A stretch of DNA of 64,000 nt from Chiloscyllium plagiosum (Eukaryota): positions 102,737,242-102,801,241 of the forward strand of contig NC_057713.1 of NCBI RefSeq assembly GCF_004010195.1, given 5' to 3'. A model generated the notes under the pieces. That model made no database searches. It saw nothing but the letters and a program-made list of their open reading frames with translations, and was not told the DNA's origin. Shown in pieces: positions 23,705 to 36,184 of the stretch. Positions within the stretch are counted from its first letter, which is position 1. Each line of letters opens with the position of its first letter. The translations under genes were made by a program, and so were the position numbers.

Positions 23705-23925
23705 AGGCACCGTGGCTCGGTAGTTAACAACGCTGGCTCACAACGCCAGGTTTGATGTGTGGGTTTCCGCCGTGTGCTCCAATTTCCTCCCGCAATCCAA
23801 AGATGTGCGGGTTACAGTGGATTGGCCGTGCTAAATTGTCCCTAGCGTGCAGGTTAGGTGGATTAGCCATGGCAAATGCAGACAAGACGGGCCGAATGAC
23901 TTCTTTTAACACTGTAGGGATTCTG
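23705..23925 (+). mobile_element. V-SINE, degenerate
   Basis: GGCACCGTGGCTCGGTAGTTAAC head and GTGGGTTTCC...CCAAAGATGTGCGGGTTA core. Confidence 0.7.
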
Positions 23926-24999
23926 TGATAAGTGGACAGGAGCCTCGGACTGTGTGATCGTCAAGGAAAATAACAGTCCGATCACTTCTCTTTGTCTGGT
24001 CATGCTGAGGCAGTTCCAAAATCGCCTTATGTTGAAACGCAAAGAAGCATTAATCACACTAAGTTAGAACAAGCGCTTGGAGTTGATGATCAATGCAACT
24101 GCATTTATTTTACAAACTTCAGACAAGTTGGACTTTTTTTTTTATATTTAGCGATTTTGTGTTAGCGGGTTTAATGCCAGTTCAGTAACAGCCAAGTTGG
24201 TCTTCATTGACTGTCAAAATTGATTAATCACTTAAACCCATTCACTGTTCACTGTGGGCGCAGCTTTTAATTGAGATCTCTTTGTAAATGAACACTTGTC
24301 AAATATGACCATTATTTTGTGGCAAATGCAATTCATTCGTACAAATAAGAAGGAGTAAATTACCGATACACAAAAATTCACGTGAATGAAAGAGACACCG
24401 ACTGAGGTGAGTCGAATCGTTCCTGGCTCAATTTCTTGCCGATTTTTTTTCCTGTAAATTACATCTTGCGTTTTAACGCGAACTTAATTCACTGAACTTC
24501 GCAGACTTTCATCAGAAATATCAGCCAGCAATGCTCGCGAGTTATTCGCGTTTTGTACCTTGCAGTTTTTATATTTTTAAAAACAAAATTGTTCAAATTT
24601 GGACACCGCATTAACCCAGCAACCTATCAGGGCGATATACTTTAATTTCCCCACATTCAGGTACAACTAAGGGCGCATTTATCATGTATCATATTTAAAC
24701 AGTTAAGGTGTTGAATTAAAGATTAAACAAACATTTTCTTTTCTATAACCTGTAGCAAAAGATCTAGAAATAAAACTCCGTTAATTTGCACTTAAATTGC
24801 AACTTACAAAATTGCTGATATAAAACATGTAGAACTCTTAGAATGTCTTGTACCATACCAGTGTAAATATTGACAGCTGATTCAAGCAGAGACTGCTTTT
24901 CGTACATGAAGCCTCGAGTTTCAACAGACTTCACTTCTCTGAACTTTTGTCGTTCTTTTTGCCCTCAAATTCTATATAAGTAGAATGGAGATTAGATTA

Positions 25000-26390
25000 A
25001 AGTCACTATTTAACAAGTATCTAGTCAAATCTCGGGAGAAACAAGGCGTTGGATAAAAGATTGAAAACGGAGAGTAGGGACAAATGGGTCTTTTTTGGGG
25101 GGTTGGCAAGCTGCATTTAGTGTATAGACAGGATCAGAGCTGAGGCTTCAACTATTTCCAATCTATATTAATAACTTGGATGAATGGATCAAATATGTGG
25201 AAGATAAATTATTTGATGGCACTAATGTTAATAGAAAACTAAATTATTGAGGAGATAAAGAGTCTGCAAATTCATTTACATTCATTACGTGATTTGCTAA
25301 AACAATTTACAGATGAAGCAAAAAAAAGTGGGAAATTGTGATCTTGTTCACTTTGGCAGGAAACGGAGAAAAGTGGCAAATTGTTCACATGGAAAGTGAT
25401 TGCAGGATTACTGCAGTGCAGAGAGATCAGAATCCTGACCGATGCCTCAGTAAATGTTAGCATGCGGGTACAATAAGTGATTAGGAAAACAAAGTGATTT
25501 TTTTTTGGAAAGCAAATTGGAATATAACCTGGAGAGGTTTCCTATAGCTGTACAGATCTTTGTGGGCGGCACGGTGGCACAGTGGTTAGCACTGCTGCCT
25601 CACAGCGCCAGAGACCCGGGTTCAATTCCCGACTCAGGCGACTGACTGTGTGGAGTTTGCACGTTCTCCCCGTGTCTGCGTGGGTTTCCTCCGGGTGCTC
25701 CGGTTTCCTCCCACAGTCCAAAGATGTGCGGGTCAGGTGAATTGGCCATGCTAAATTGCCCGTAGTGTTAGGTTAAAGGGGTAAATGTAGGGGTATGGGT
25801 GGGTTGCGCTTCAGCGGGTCGGTGTGGACTTGTTGGGCCGAAGGGCCTGTTTCCACACTGTAAGTAATCTAATCTAATCTAAAAAAAAATCTGGCCTACT
25901 GTGCTAAGTTTTGATCTTACTTTAATTTGTATATATACACACTCGCAGCAGTTCGGAGAAGGTTCACTCGATTTATACCTGGGATGAAGAGCATATTTAG
26001 TTAAGAAAAGCTGAAGATAAATCAGCTTCTTACCACTTGGAATTAGAATAATGAATATCTTACTGAAACGAATTAAGTTCGGGAGAGAAATTGGATAGTA
26101 GGATTCCTCTAGTTGGAGTAACTAGAACGAGGGAGCACAGTTTAATAAGAGAGCTTCCTTTTAAGACAGAGATACCGAGCAATTTCTTTTTGTCTCTCAG
26201 AGAGTTGTGAGTCCACGGAGTTCTCATCTATTAGTGAAAAACTGTTAGATTTTTGTTGGACCGGGGAGTCGAAGGTAAGGAAGGAGCAGATGGGAGAGTG
26301 GATCCGAGACCACAACCACACCAGCCATGATCTGTTACAATGGCAGAGCAGACTTGAAGGGCAAATGGCCACTCCTCCCAAGCTGCATGT
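25000..26390 (+). mobile_element. Old CR1 LINE (host of the SINE at 25564)
   Basis: Eroded RT motifs (QGSELRLQLF..YINNLD) and a CR1 3' end GAAGGGCAAATGGCCACTCCT. Confidence 0.7.
25564..25889 (+). mobile_element. Full-length young V-SINE (HE1-like)
   Basis: Pol III A box TGGCACAGTGG, B box GGTTCAATTCC, V-core, (TAATC)n tail, CpGs intact. Confidence 0.95.
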
Positions 26391-26782
26391 TCACACCGCT
26401 CAGTAAAATTCCAAATGAATTAAAAACTTTAATGACTGGAATACCCCCTCCCAGTTCGGATGTGACATCGGTATTGTATCCCCGACAATATTACTGGCTC
26501 CTGTCTCCAGTTGTCTGTATTATTCACGAATGACTGGTTACGGGACTTTTCAACGAACTCAGTGAAAAAAACGTCAAACTTTACTTTTCAAAGTTCACAC
26601 ACACTCCCCCCCCCCCCCCACAATGGCGTCCTGCGAGACTTTAAAATAAAAACAGTTCTAACTTCACCAATGTCAGAAATGGTTCGTTGTTCCTGAAACC
26701 TCACCCTGGCAGTTAAGGAACGGATTTGAACGGCTGATTTGTTCAAACTATAGAAAGAAGCTAAGCTCCTTCTCCGCATAAC

Positions 26783-26818
26783 TAACGGACGGAGTCTCGG
26801 TCACACTAACCACATCTG
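26783..26818. promoter_or_regulatory. Candidate 3' enhancer core: MYB + RUNX + E-box
   Basis: TAACGG (26783-88), AACCACA (26808-14) and CATCTG (26813-18) in non-repetitive sequence 7 kb 3' of C. Confidence 0.4.
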
Positions 26819-28103
26819 TTAAAGAGAGTGAACGAGTCTCAACATCTGGAGTTTTGGGGGTTTTGTTTTTAACCTCGTCAGCTCCCACGCTGTAATTCTG
26901 GAAGTTTTATGTAAAGCCAGGGCGGATTACCCTCTCCCCACCTCCCTTATGTTCTCTACTATTTAGTCTATTTTTTTTCCTTCTATAAATACAGTTTGCT
27001 TTTTAAACAATCGGAATCTTAAGAAAAATGATCGTATTTTCTAAACTGTTGAGATAAAAGGCCCAATTAGAATGCTGCTCAAAGCCGTCAAACTATTCGT
27101 TTTAAGGCCAAAAAACACTGCTCCAAAATAACACACGTTTTGTGCATGAGTTTTACGCAATTTCTAATACAAGTTAAATAACTGTTTTAATAGACTTGAC
27201 TGAATGCCGAGTTACCCCACGACTACCGGCGACAGTTGTTTCCACAGAGACAGCTGTCACGGAAAATGTGATTATTTCTTCATTGCGCCACGGGCAATGA
27301 GGTGCAAAACTGATGTTTAAAACACCCTAGAGCACTGAAGCAAAGTATATACTGTACATTGAAGGTTCTAGGTTATGTCCCCCACATAAATATAAACATC
27401 GAGTATAACATTATAGAATTCGAGAGGAACATTTATACAGTATCAGTTGATTTCAGCTCATGTGTTATGTTCGATTTTGGGCACCAACGTTTAGGAAATA
27501 GACAAGACTATGGAGAGGACATAGATAAGATTTGCTGTATTAGATGACAATGGGGGTGGGGAGGTGGGGGGATGACAGCTTTTATTTATGCCCTTACGAA
27601 AGCTCGGAAGCGTTGGGATTGTTCTCCGTACAGCAGGCAAAAGTGAGGACTGCAGATGCTGGAAATCAGAGTCTAGATTAGAGTGGTGCTGGAAAAGCAC
27701 AGCAGGTCAGGCAGCAACTCCTTACAGCAGTACAGTTTAAAGGGGAGATTTATTTCAAAAGTGCAAACAATGATGAGTTTTGATACAGTAATCAGGAGAA
27801 ACTACTTGGTGTCAGATGGCCAGAAAACAAATTTAAAGCAATTGGTAAAATACCAATTTTTACATAATGAGTTATGCTGTGGTAAACGCCGTCTGAAAAG
27901 GTGGTAGAAACAGATTCAACAGTAAATTTCCAAAAAAATAAATTGGATAAAAACATTTTAAAAGAGAGATGGGATAAAATAGAACATTTGACACAATGTT
28001 CAGAGTTGTAAGCAAAAATATGAACACATTTTACACCGTTCTCTTAAATATTCTACAGAATAATTTTATTTCACGGTTGTGTTCTGTTCAGAGCATTCTC
28101 CCA

Positions 28104-28150
28104 ACTTCCTGTTCTCAGACAAACTTCCTGCAGTTGAGAAAACCGGAAAT
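28104..28150. promoter_or_regulatory. ETS motif cluster (candidate enhancer)
   Basis: ACTTCCTG x2 (28104-11, 28123-30), CAGTTG (28131-36), ACCGGAAAT (28142-50). Confidence 0.35.
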
Positions 28151-29356
28151 TATATTAACTAACTGTTGAATCAGTGAAGTTTCTAGCATTGAGTCTAGTA
28201 ATTCGAGCAACCAATGAAGTTCTGGTCATCTTTATTCTGTTGAGTCGGCTCCAGAACTGTAACATGTTTTACGTCAGTACCTCAGTTAATGCAGTCTCCT
28301 TTGCTGCCTCCAGTACTCTCTTACATCATCTTTCAAAAACTATGCAAATACAGGTGGAAGCAGTAATATCTTTTAAAATAATCTATTAATATAATAACAT
28401 TGGGAAATAGAATGGCTGCCAGCAAATATGTTTCTGAAACAAAGGCAGAAATATTAAGTAATTATGTTGCTTCAGTATTTACCAGGAGGAAATAACAAGT
28501 GGGCATTAACAAAGTCAGTAAATATTTAAATGCTATTAATCATTTATAATTATATCATAATGGAATAAGTATTTTTAAAATAAAAAATGCAATAAATCAT
28601 GTAAATAAACTCATAAGTGGATATTATTCATTCAGAGAACACAAAAAGCATGAAGTCACCATCTGACTGATTGACCTTTTCTCATTTGGCCAACCCAACA
28701 AATTTAGGTTGCTGCCTGCACACTTACCAGGCAATGGTCATCTCCAAACTTATTGGTTGTTTGTTGTTTTATTGTTATCATATGTACCAAAATTCAGTGA
28801 AAACTGTTGTTTTGCGTGCTCTACAGGTAGATCATACTATACAAAGTGCATCAGGGTAACAGAACAGAGCGCAGAATATAAGGTTACAACTGCAGAGAAG
28901 ATACAGAGAGTGAGAGGTTAACATTATCATTTAAGAACTCCATTCAAAAAATAGTGGGGAAGAAGCTGTTCTTGAATCTGTTCATACATGTGTTGAAATC
29001 TAGCTGCCTGTCCTTGATAGGGTTGGATTAAGACATGCTGAGGCCCTCAGCAATGCCTAACTTAAGAGGCTTATAACATTACCAAAAAAGTGTATCATTC
29101 TCATTGAAAGGACAATGAAAATAGAAACATCAAAGCTTTTTGCATATATGCATAGGTGAAGATGCAATAACAACTAAAATCTAACTAAAATGTGCATCTT
29201 GCAATAAGCCAATTGGCATTATGAAATACTTTCAAATGAAAGTACTTTATGTTTTCTTAATTAGCATGTCTGACATCATTAACCTGCAGCAACACAAGAA
29301 CAATAACACAGATTAGCACTTACAAAATGGATGCAACAAAACAACCTGCAAAAGTG

Positions 29357-30390
29357 TTAAAATACTCTCCTTTCATATTTTCGTTTAGAAATTTACCTGA
29401 TGATGTCTTCAACTGATAAGCTATGACATTTATCTCTTCTTATGCACATAATGCTTTGTGCAGACAGCTTTCCTTATACCATTGTTGGCTGCAACTCATG
29501 CTTGATGTTTCTCAGCTGAGATGATCACCTTTCTCCTCAGTATCTCTCCTGAAAAAAAGAGCCACAGAATTGCTTCTCTATCAGGGATAACCAACTGAAT
29601 TCTATCTCAGAAGATGACTTCTACAGGCCCTGAAAAGCTTTCTTTGAAGGAAGCTTGTGTTTTTTTTTGTTCTCCAAGAAAATTAACATTAATATCACCA
29701 AGATATTTTTCATCAGACATTTCGCACTTCTGAAAAACTGTTTGCAACATTTTCATGCGATTGCTGTTTTGTTCAAGTTAGTTTCTGGTAAGTCCATCCC
29801 TAAACATAAAGGATTTAATTCAAAACTTGACTCTTGGTGAAAGCGTTTCATCAACATTAAGTGCATCACCATCACCTTATTTTTTCACATTCTTTCCCTT
29901 TTAGTCATGCATGTAGTTTACATAGAAAAAAGATCTTCTTTTGTTTTGAGTTAAAATTCTTCAAAACATTTGGGAGTTTCTTTCAAAGAGTGAGACAGTG
30001 ATATGTAAAGCTTTGCACATGCACTGAGAGTTATCCCTGCTATCCTGTAGGGCATTGTTAGATTTGTAGAAGTGATCTAACAAATGATTCCAAGGTTCTA
30101 CCATGAACACAAACTCTAACTCCTTCATTTTCTCCTCTAGAATATTAACTTCTCTCTTTGTATCATGTTTTTCACTGTCACCAGCATAAAGATAAGTAAG
30201 CTAATCAGTAATTGAACTGAAACTCTCGGTTAAGGATGGAGGGGGTTTTCCATGTACTTTCCACATAGTAACAGAGAGATGTTTGGTATAGATTTCTAAT
30301 TTCAGAACTTAATTTGCGAAATTACATTGCTATTGAGCAGAACTAATTATTGCTTCTCCATGTGGCATCATACCGTCTTTCTGGCTGCTT
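29357..30390 (-). mobile_element. Fossil hAT-superfamily transposase (C-terminal half)
   Basis: Minus strand: KMKELEFVFMVEPWNHLLDHFYKSNNALQD/ITLSACAKLY, then ETLSPRVKF, then GER*SSQLRNIKHELQPTMV*GKLSAQSIMCI...SLSVEDII, matching the hAT dimerisation motif ERSFS-L--IK--LR-TM---RL--L. Confidence 0.75.
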
Positions 30391-30609
30391 TTCAACCCAA
30401 TCTATCTAATTCTAATTATCATTACTGGCATTCTCTAAACCTGCTGTTTGATACTACAATAAAGAGGATTTAAAATGGTTACATTAAAATGCACCAAATA
30501 ACTTTCTTTGTAGTGATTATTGTGCAATTTTGTTAAGAGAGATGCTACAGAGGGGTTGCTTTCAAGATTATCTTCAGATAAGAATATCTCCCAAATTGAT
30601 GAACTATTA

Positions 30610-31455
30610 TTGTTTCGCAGGTAATGGGACCAGTAGAAAGTGGGAGGCCTTAAAAAAGTGATAATGACAATCTAGAGACAGTATGTTCCTGTTAGTGCAA
30701 AAGGCAAGGCTAGTGGATGTAGGGAATATTGGACGATGAAAGAAATTGAGGCTATCGTCAAGGAAAAGAAGGAGGTATATGTCAAGTATAGATAACAGTG
30801 ATTGAGTGAATCCCTGACAAGTATAAGGTAAATGGAGCATATTCAAGATGGAAATCAAGAGGGCAAAAAGGTGACGTGCGATAGTCATGAAGAATTGAAA
30901 AAGATTCTTAATATATTCTACAAATACATTAAGGAGTAACTAGGGAGCGAATAGAGTCCCTTAAAGATCAATAAGGCCGCCTATGTGTGGAAGTGCAGGA
31001 GTTAGGTGAGATACTAAATGAGTATTTCGCATCCATGTTTACATGGAGAAGGATATGGAAGCTAGAGAACTTGGGGAAATAAATAGTGATATCTTGAAAA
31101 ATGTTTATTTTGCAGAGCAGGAGGTGCAGCACATCTTAAAACACATAATGGTGGGTACATTCCTGGGACCTGATCCGGTATACACCAGAACTTTGTGGGA
31201 AGCTAGGTAAAGATTGTTGGGCTCCTTGCTGAGATATTTGTATCATCGATAGCCATGGGCAAGGCACCAGAAGACTGTAGATTCGTTAATGTGGTGCCAT
31301 TACTTAAGAAAGTTGATAAGGAAAAGTCAACGAACTGTAGATTGGTGAATCTGATATCAATGGTGAGTAAGTTGTTGGAGGGGATTCTGATGGACAGAAT
31401 TTACATGCGTTTGGAAAGGCAAGGACTGATTAGGGATGGTCAACATGACTGTATG
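30610..31455 (+). mobile_element. CR1 ORF2 fragment
   Basis: 5' part of ORF 31255 (VNVVPLLKK...RLERQGLIRDGQH). Confidence 0.85.
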
Positions 31456-31459
31456 TGTT

Positions 31460-32640
31460 TGGATCCCTTTGGATTCTCCTTAACTCTAATTGCCAAAGCT
31501 ATCTCTGCCCCCTTTTTTGGCCTCCAGATTTCCCACTTAAGTATACTCCTACTGCCTTTATACTCTTCTAAGGATTCATTCGATCTATCCTGGCTATACC
31601 TGACATATGCTTCCTTCTTTTTCTTAACTAAAACCTCAATTTCTCTAGTCATCCAGCATTCCCTACACCTACCAACCTTTTCTTTCACAAGTAATATTGT
31701 GTCTTAGAACTCTTGTTATCTCATTTTTGAAGGCTTCCCATTTTCCAACCATCCCTTTACCTGCGAACATCTGCCGCCAATCAGCTTTTGAAAGTCCTTG
31801 CTCAATACTGTCAAGATTAGCCTTCCTTTAACTTTTTGATCCTTTTCCATGACTACTTTAAAACAATTAGAATTACGATCATTCGCCACAAAATACTCCC
31901 CAAAAGACACCCCAGTCACCGGCTCTGCCTTATTTCCCAAAAGTAGGTCAAGAAGTAGTACCTACTGGTTCTCTAGTAGGTACATCTACATCCTGAGTCA
32001 GAAAATTTTCTTGTACAAACTTAACAAATTCCTCTCCATCTAAACCCTTAATACTATGGCAGTCCCAGTCTATGTTTAGAAAATGAAAATCCCCTATTAT
32101 AACCACCGCATTATTCTTCCAGATAGCTGAATCTCCTTACAAATATGTTTCTCAATTTCCTGCTGACTATTAGGAGGTCTATAATACAATCCCAGTAAGG
32201 TGATCATCCCTTTCTTATTTCTCAGTTCCACCCAAATAACTTCCTTGGATGTATTTCTGGGAATATCCTCCCTCAGTACAGCAGTAATGTTATCCCTTAT
32301 CAAAAACGCCACACCTCCTCCTCTCTTGTCTCCCTTTCTATCCTTCCTGTAGTATTTGTATACTGGAAAATTGAGCTGCCAGTCCTGTCCATCCATGAGC
32401 CATATTTCTGTAATTGTTATGGTATCCCAATCCCATGTTCCTAATCATGCCCTGAGTTTATCTGCCACCTCTGTTACACCTCTTGCACGGAAATAAATAC
32501 AGTTTAATTTATCAGTCCTACCTTGCTTTCTGCTTTGCCCCTGCCTGCCCTGAGTGTTTGACTTGCTCCTTTTTCCAACTGTACCAGTTGACTTGCTCCT
32601 TTTCCCAATCTCAGATTGATCTCTTTCCTCACTATTTCCC
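31460..32640 (-). mobile_element. CR1 ORF2 endonuclease fragment
   Basis: ORF 32097-32396 (RKDRKGDKRGGGVAFLI...GLYYRPPNS) is an APE domain. Confidence 0.88.
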
Positions 32641-32699
32641 TGGTTATAATATCAGTTTGTTTCAGCTACAACTCCGTACTCTAGTACATCATCACATCT

Positions 32700-33700
32700 T
32701 GTGATCCCTCCACTGTCACTAAATTGCCACACTGCTTCTCCAACATGCAATATTGGATTAAGTAAAACTTCCTCCAATTTAGTTTTGAACAGACTGAGCC
32801 CATTGTCATTAGTCCCTATAACAAACTATCTCTGCTCCTTCATTTCCATGCCTCCCCTTGGCAAATATCTGAGGCTGCACATGTCTCACACCTTTATCCT
32901 GACCTGAGCTCTTCATATTCACAGCATCACGCAAATCGAAACCTCCACTGTTGAGTTGTCCAACTCTGCCCCTGCATTAGCTCATTTGTTACTGAAACCT
33001 TCACCATTCTTTTGTTACCTCCAGATACGATTTTTTATTGCATTCATAGCCACTTCAGTGGTTTACTCTCTGTAAGCTTGAAGTAGATGTGATGGTCAAG
33101 AAGGCACAACAACATCTCTTCTTCTTCAGCTAGATCAGGAAATTTTGGCATGTCCATAAGGACCCTCAACAACATCTACAGATGCACTATTGAAAGCATT
33201 CTGTCCAGGTGCATAATGGCCCAGTATGGCAACTGCTCTGCTCAGGACTTTAAGAAACTACAGAAGGTGGTGTGCCCTCTGTACATTCTTGCTTACTATA
33301 ACCTGCCTGTACTGCTCATAAACAAAGTTTTTCACTGTACTTTGTTACACATGACAATCATTCAGTCAATCAATCAATCAATGTCTGCAGCCCATGTCCT
33401 AACCAGCAGCCACTTCCATTCTCCCATTCGCCCAGTGCTTACTGGCTTGCATTAATTCTTGATTAGGCAATACTTCAATTCAAATTCTCACCCTGTTTCA
33501 AAATTCCTCTATTCGCATATCCATCTGTGACTGTGGAATGTCCTATAACCCTCCAAAATTATTTGCACTCTTTTAATTTTGGCGTCTATTTTCTCAAGTT
33601 TATTCTCCTTGCTTCATTATCAGCAGTTGTGCCTTTAGCTTCTTGAATCTTAATTTTTCTAAGTGTCCCCAGACATTTCAAGATTCTCCATAAATCTAAT
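32700..33700 (+). mobile_element. L2-like LINE relic with nested Rex1/Babar fragment (~33085-33380)
   Basis: KAQQHLFF...YRCTIESILSRCI (Rex1-like) ending in (TCAA)n. The flanks resemble the L2 3' ORF (FVTSR-D, SPI-PVLTGLH). Confidence 0.6.
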
Positions 33701-33706
33701 GTCAGA

Positions 33707-34150
33707 TGTGGCTCAGTTGTGGTTCAGTTGGTAGCAATCTTGCCTTTGTAGATTGTGAGATTCAGGAGTTGAGCACAAAAGACTAGATTGATATTTCCAA
33801 TGTAGTACTAAGGAAATCCTGCACTGTTGGAGGTGCGGTCTTGTGAAGATGAAGATCTGTCTGCCCATTCCAATGGATGTATGGGATCCATGGCATAATT
33901 TTAACAGAAGTCTTTTCCTGGACAATATTTATTCCTTACCCAAAACTATAGGATTATCTGGTCATTCAGATATTGCTATTTGAGCAATTTGTTTGATTTA
34001 TCAAGTTAGCTGTCACATATGCTGAATTACTATGTTTCAGAAAGTATTTTGTTGACTTTGATATATGATGAGCTGAATGTGATTCTTCTCTGCTATATTG
34101 CTCTGTGGTTGCTCTAAAGTACTTTGACATTTTGACTTGTTCTGAAAGAT
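33707..34150 (+). mobile_element. Deu-domain SINE (SacSINE1/AmnSINE-like), old
   Basis: GTAGTACTAAGGAAATCCTGCACTGTTGGAGGTGC...GGATCCATGGCA...TTATCTGGTCATT resembles the Deu core. Confidence 0.6.
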
Positions 34151-34227
34151 GCCACATTACTTTAAGTCTTGTTATCAAAAACCTTTAAAGCTTTTGATAA
34201 TTTGTGTTGAATATCTTTTAATGTTAT

Positions 34228-35905
34228 GTCATAGAATCATAGAGATGTACAGCATGTCCAACCCATCCATGCCAACCAGATATCCCAACCCAATCTGTTC
34301 CCACCTACCAGCACCCAGCCCATATCCCACCAAACCCTTCTTATTCATGTACCCATCCAAATGTCTTTTAAATGTTGCAATTGTACAAGCCTCCACCACA
34401 TCCTCTGGCAGCTCATTCCATACACGTACCACCCTCTGTGTGAAAACGTTGCCCCGAAGGTCTCTTTTATATCTTTCCCCTCTCACCCTAAAACTATGCC
34501 CTCTAGTTCTGGAATCCCCGACTCCAGGGAAAATACTTTGTCTATTTATCCTATCCATGCCCCTCATAATTTTGTAAACCTCTATAAGGACACCCCTCAG
34601 CCCCAGCCTGTTCAGCCTCTCCCTGTAGCTTAAATCCTCCAACCCTGGCAACATCCTTGTAAATCTTGTCTGAACCCTTTCAAGTTTCACAACATCTTTC
34701 CGATAGGAAGGAGACCAGAATTGCACGCAATATTCCAACAGTGGCCTAGCCAATGTCCTTTACAGCTGCAACGTGACCTCCTAACTCCTGTACTCAATAC
34801 TCTGACCAATAAAGGAAAGCATACCAAATGCCTTCTTCACTATCCTAGCTACCTGTGACTCCACTTTTAAGGAGCTATGAACCTGCACTCCAAGGTCTCT
34901 TCGTTCAGCAACACTCCCTAGGACCTTTCCATTAAGTGTTTAAGTCCTGCTACGATTTGCTTTCTCAAAATGCTGCGCCTCGCATTTATCTGAATTAAAC
35001 TCCATCTTCCACTTCTCAGCTCATTGGCCCATCTGGTCCAGATCCTGTTGTAATCTGAGGTAACCCTCTTCGCTGTCCACTACACCTCCAATTTTGGTGT
35101 CATCTGCAAACTTACTAACTATACCTCTTATGCTCGCATCCAAATCATTTATGTAAATGACAAAAAGTAGAGGGCCCAGCACTGATCCTTGTGGCACTCC
35201 ACTGGTCACAGGCCTCCAGTCTGAAAAACAACCCTCCACCATCACCCTCTGTCTTCCAGTTCTGTATCCAAATGGCTAGTTCTCCCTGTATTCCATGAGA
35301 TCTAACCTTGCTAATCAGTCTCCCATGGGGAACCTTGTCGAACGCCGTACTGAAGGCCATATAGATCACATCTACTGCTCTGCCCTCATCAATCTTCTTT
35401 GTTACTTCTTCAAGAAACTCAATCAAGTTTGTGAGACATGATTTCCCATGCACAAAGCCATGTTGACTATCCCAATCAGTCCTTGCCTTTCCAAATACAT
35501 GTACATCCTGTTCCTCAGGACTTGCCCACCACCGAGGTCAGGCTCACCGGTCTATAGTTCCCTGGCTTGTCTTTACTGCCCTTATTAAACAATGGTACCA
35601 CGTTTGCCAACCTCCAGTCTTCCGGCACCTCACCTGTGACTATCGATGATACAAATATCTTAGCAAGAGGCCCAGCAATCACTTCTCTAGCTTCCCACAG
35701 AGTTCTCGGGTATACCTGATCAGGTCCTGGGGATTTATCCACCCATAACCATTTCAAGACATCCAGCACTTCCTCCTCTGTAATCTGGACATTTTGCAAG
35801 ATGTCACCATCTATTTCCCTACATCTTCCATTTCCTTTTCCACAGTAAATACTGATGCAAAATATTCATTTAGTATCTCCCCCATTTTCTGTGGCTCCAC
35901 ACAAA
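34228..35905 (-). mobile_element. CR1 LINE RT + 3' end
   Basis: ORFs 35515-35799, 35145-35453, 35021-35245 (PQGSVLGP, KFADDTK) and 34229-34753. Confidence 0.93.
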
Positions 35906-36184
35906 GGCTATGTTTTCATTTTTTTATAAACTCCTGTGACTGCCTTGGAACTCCTATTTCGTTAAAGTTTCCAAATGTTTTTGAGATGATTTTATTGTTG
36001 CATGGAATTGTGTGGCAGTGTTTATCAGATTTAATGTACCACCCATTTTGTTGGTGAGAAACTCAATATGTACTGTCAATGGTTCATCACCAGAGGGAGC
36101 GATTCATTGCTTGCTGTGGTTTTGGAGTGACATACTCAATATCATCAGATTCTACAAAATGATCGCTTCCTTTTCCATCGCAGA

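Noticed and set aside
25564-25640. tRNA gene
   Set aside because: The A/B boxes belong to a tRNA-derived SINE head that continues into the SINE core and tail.
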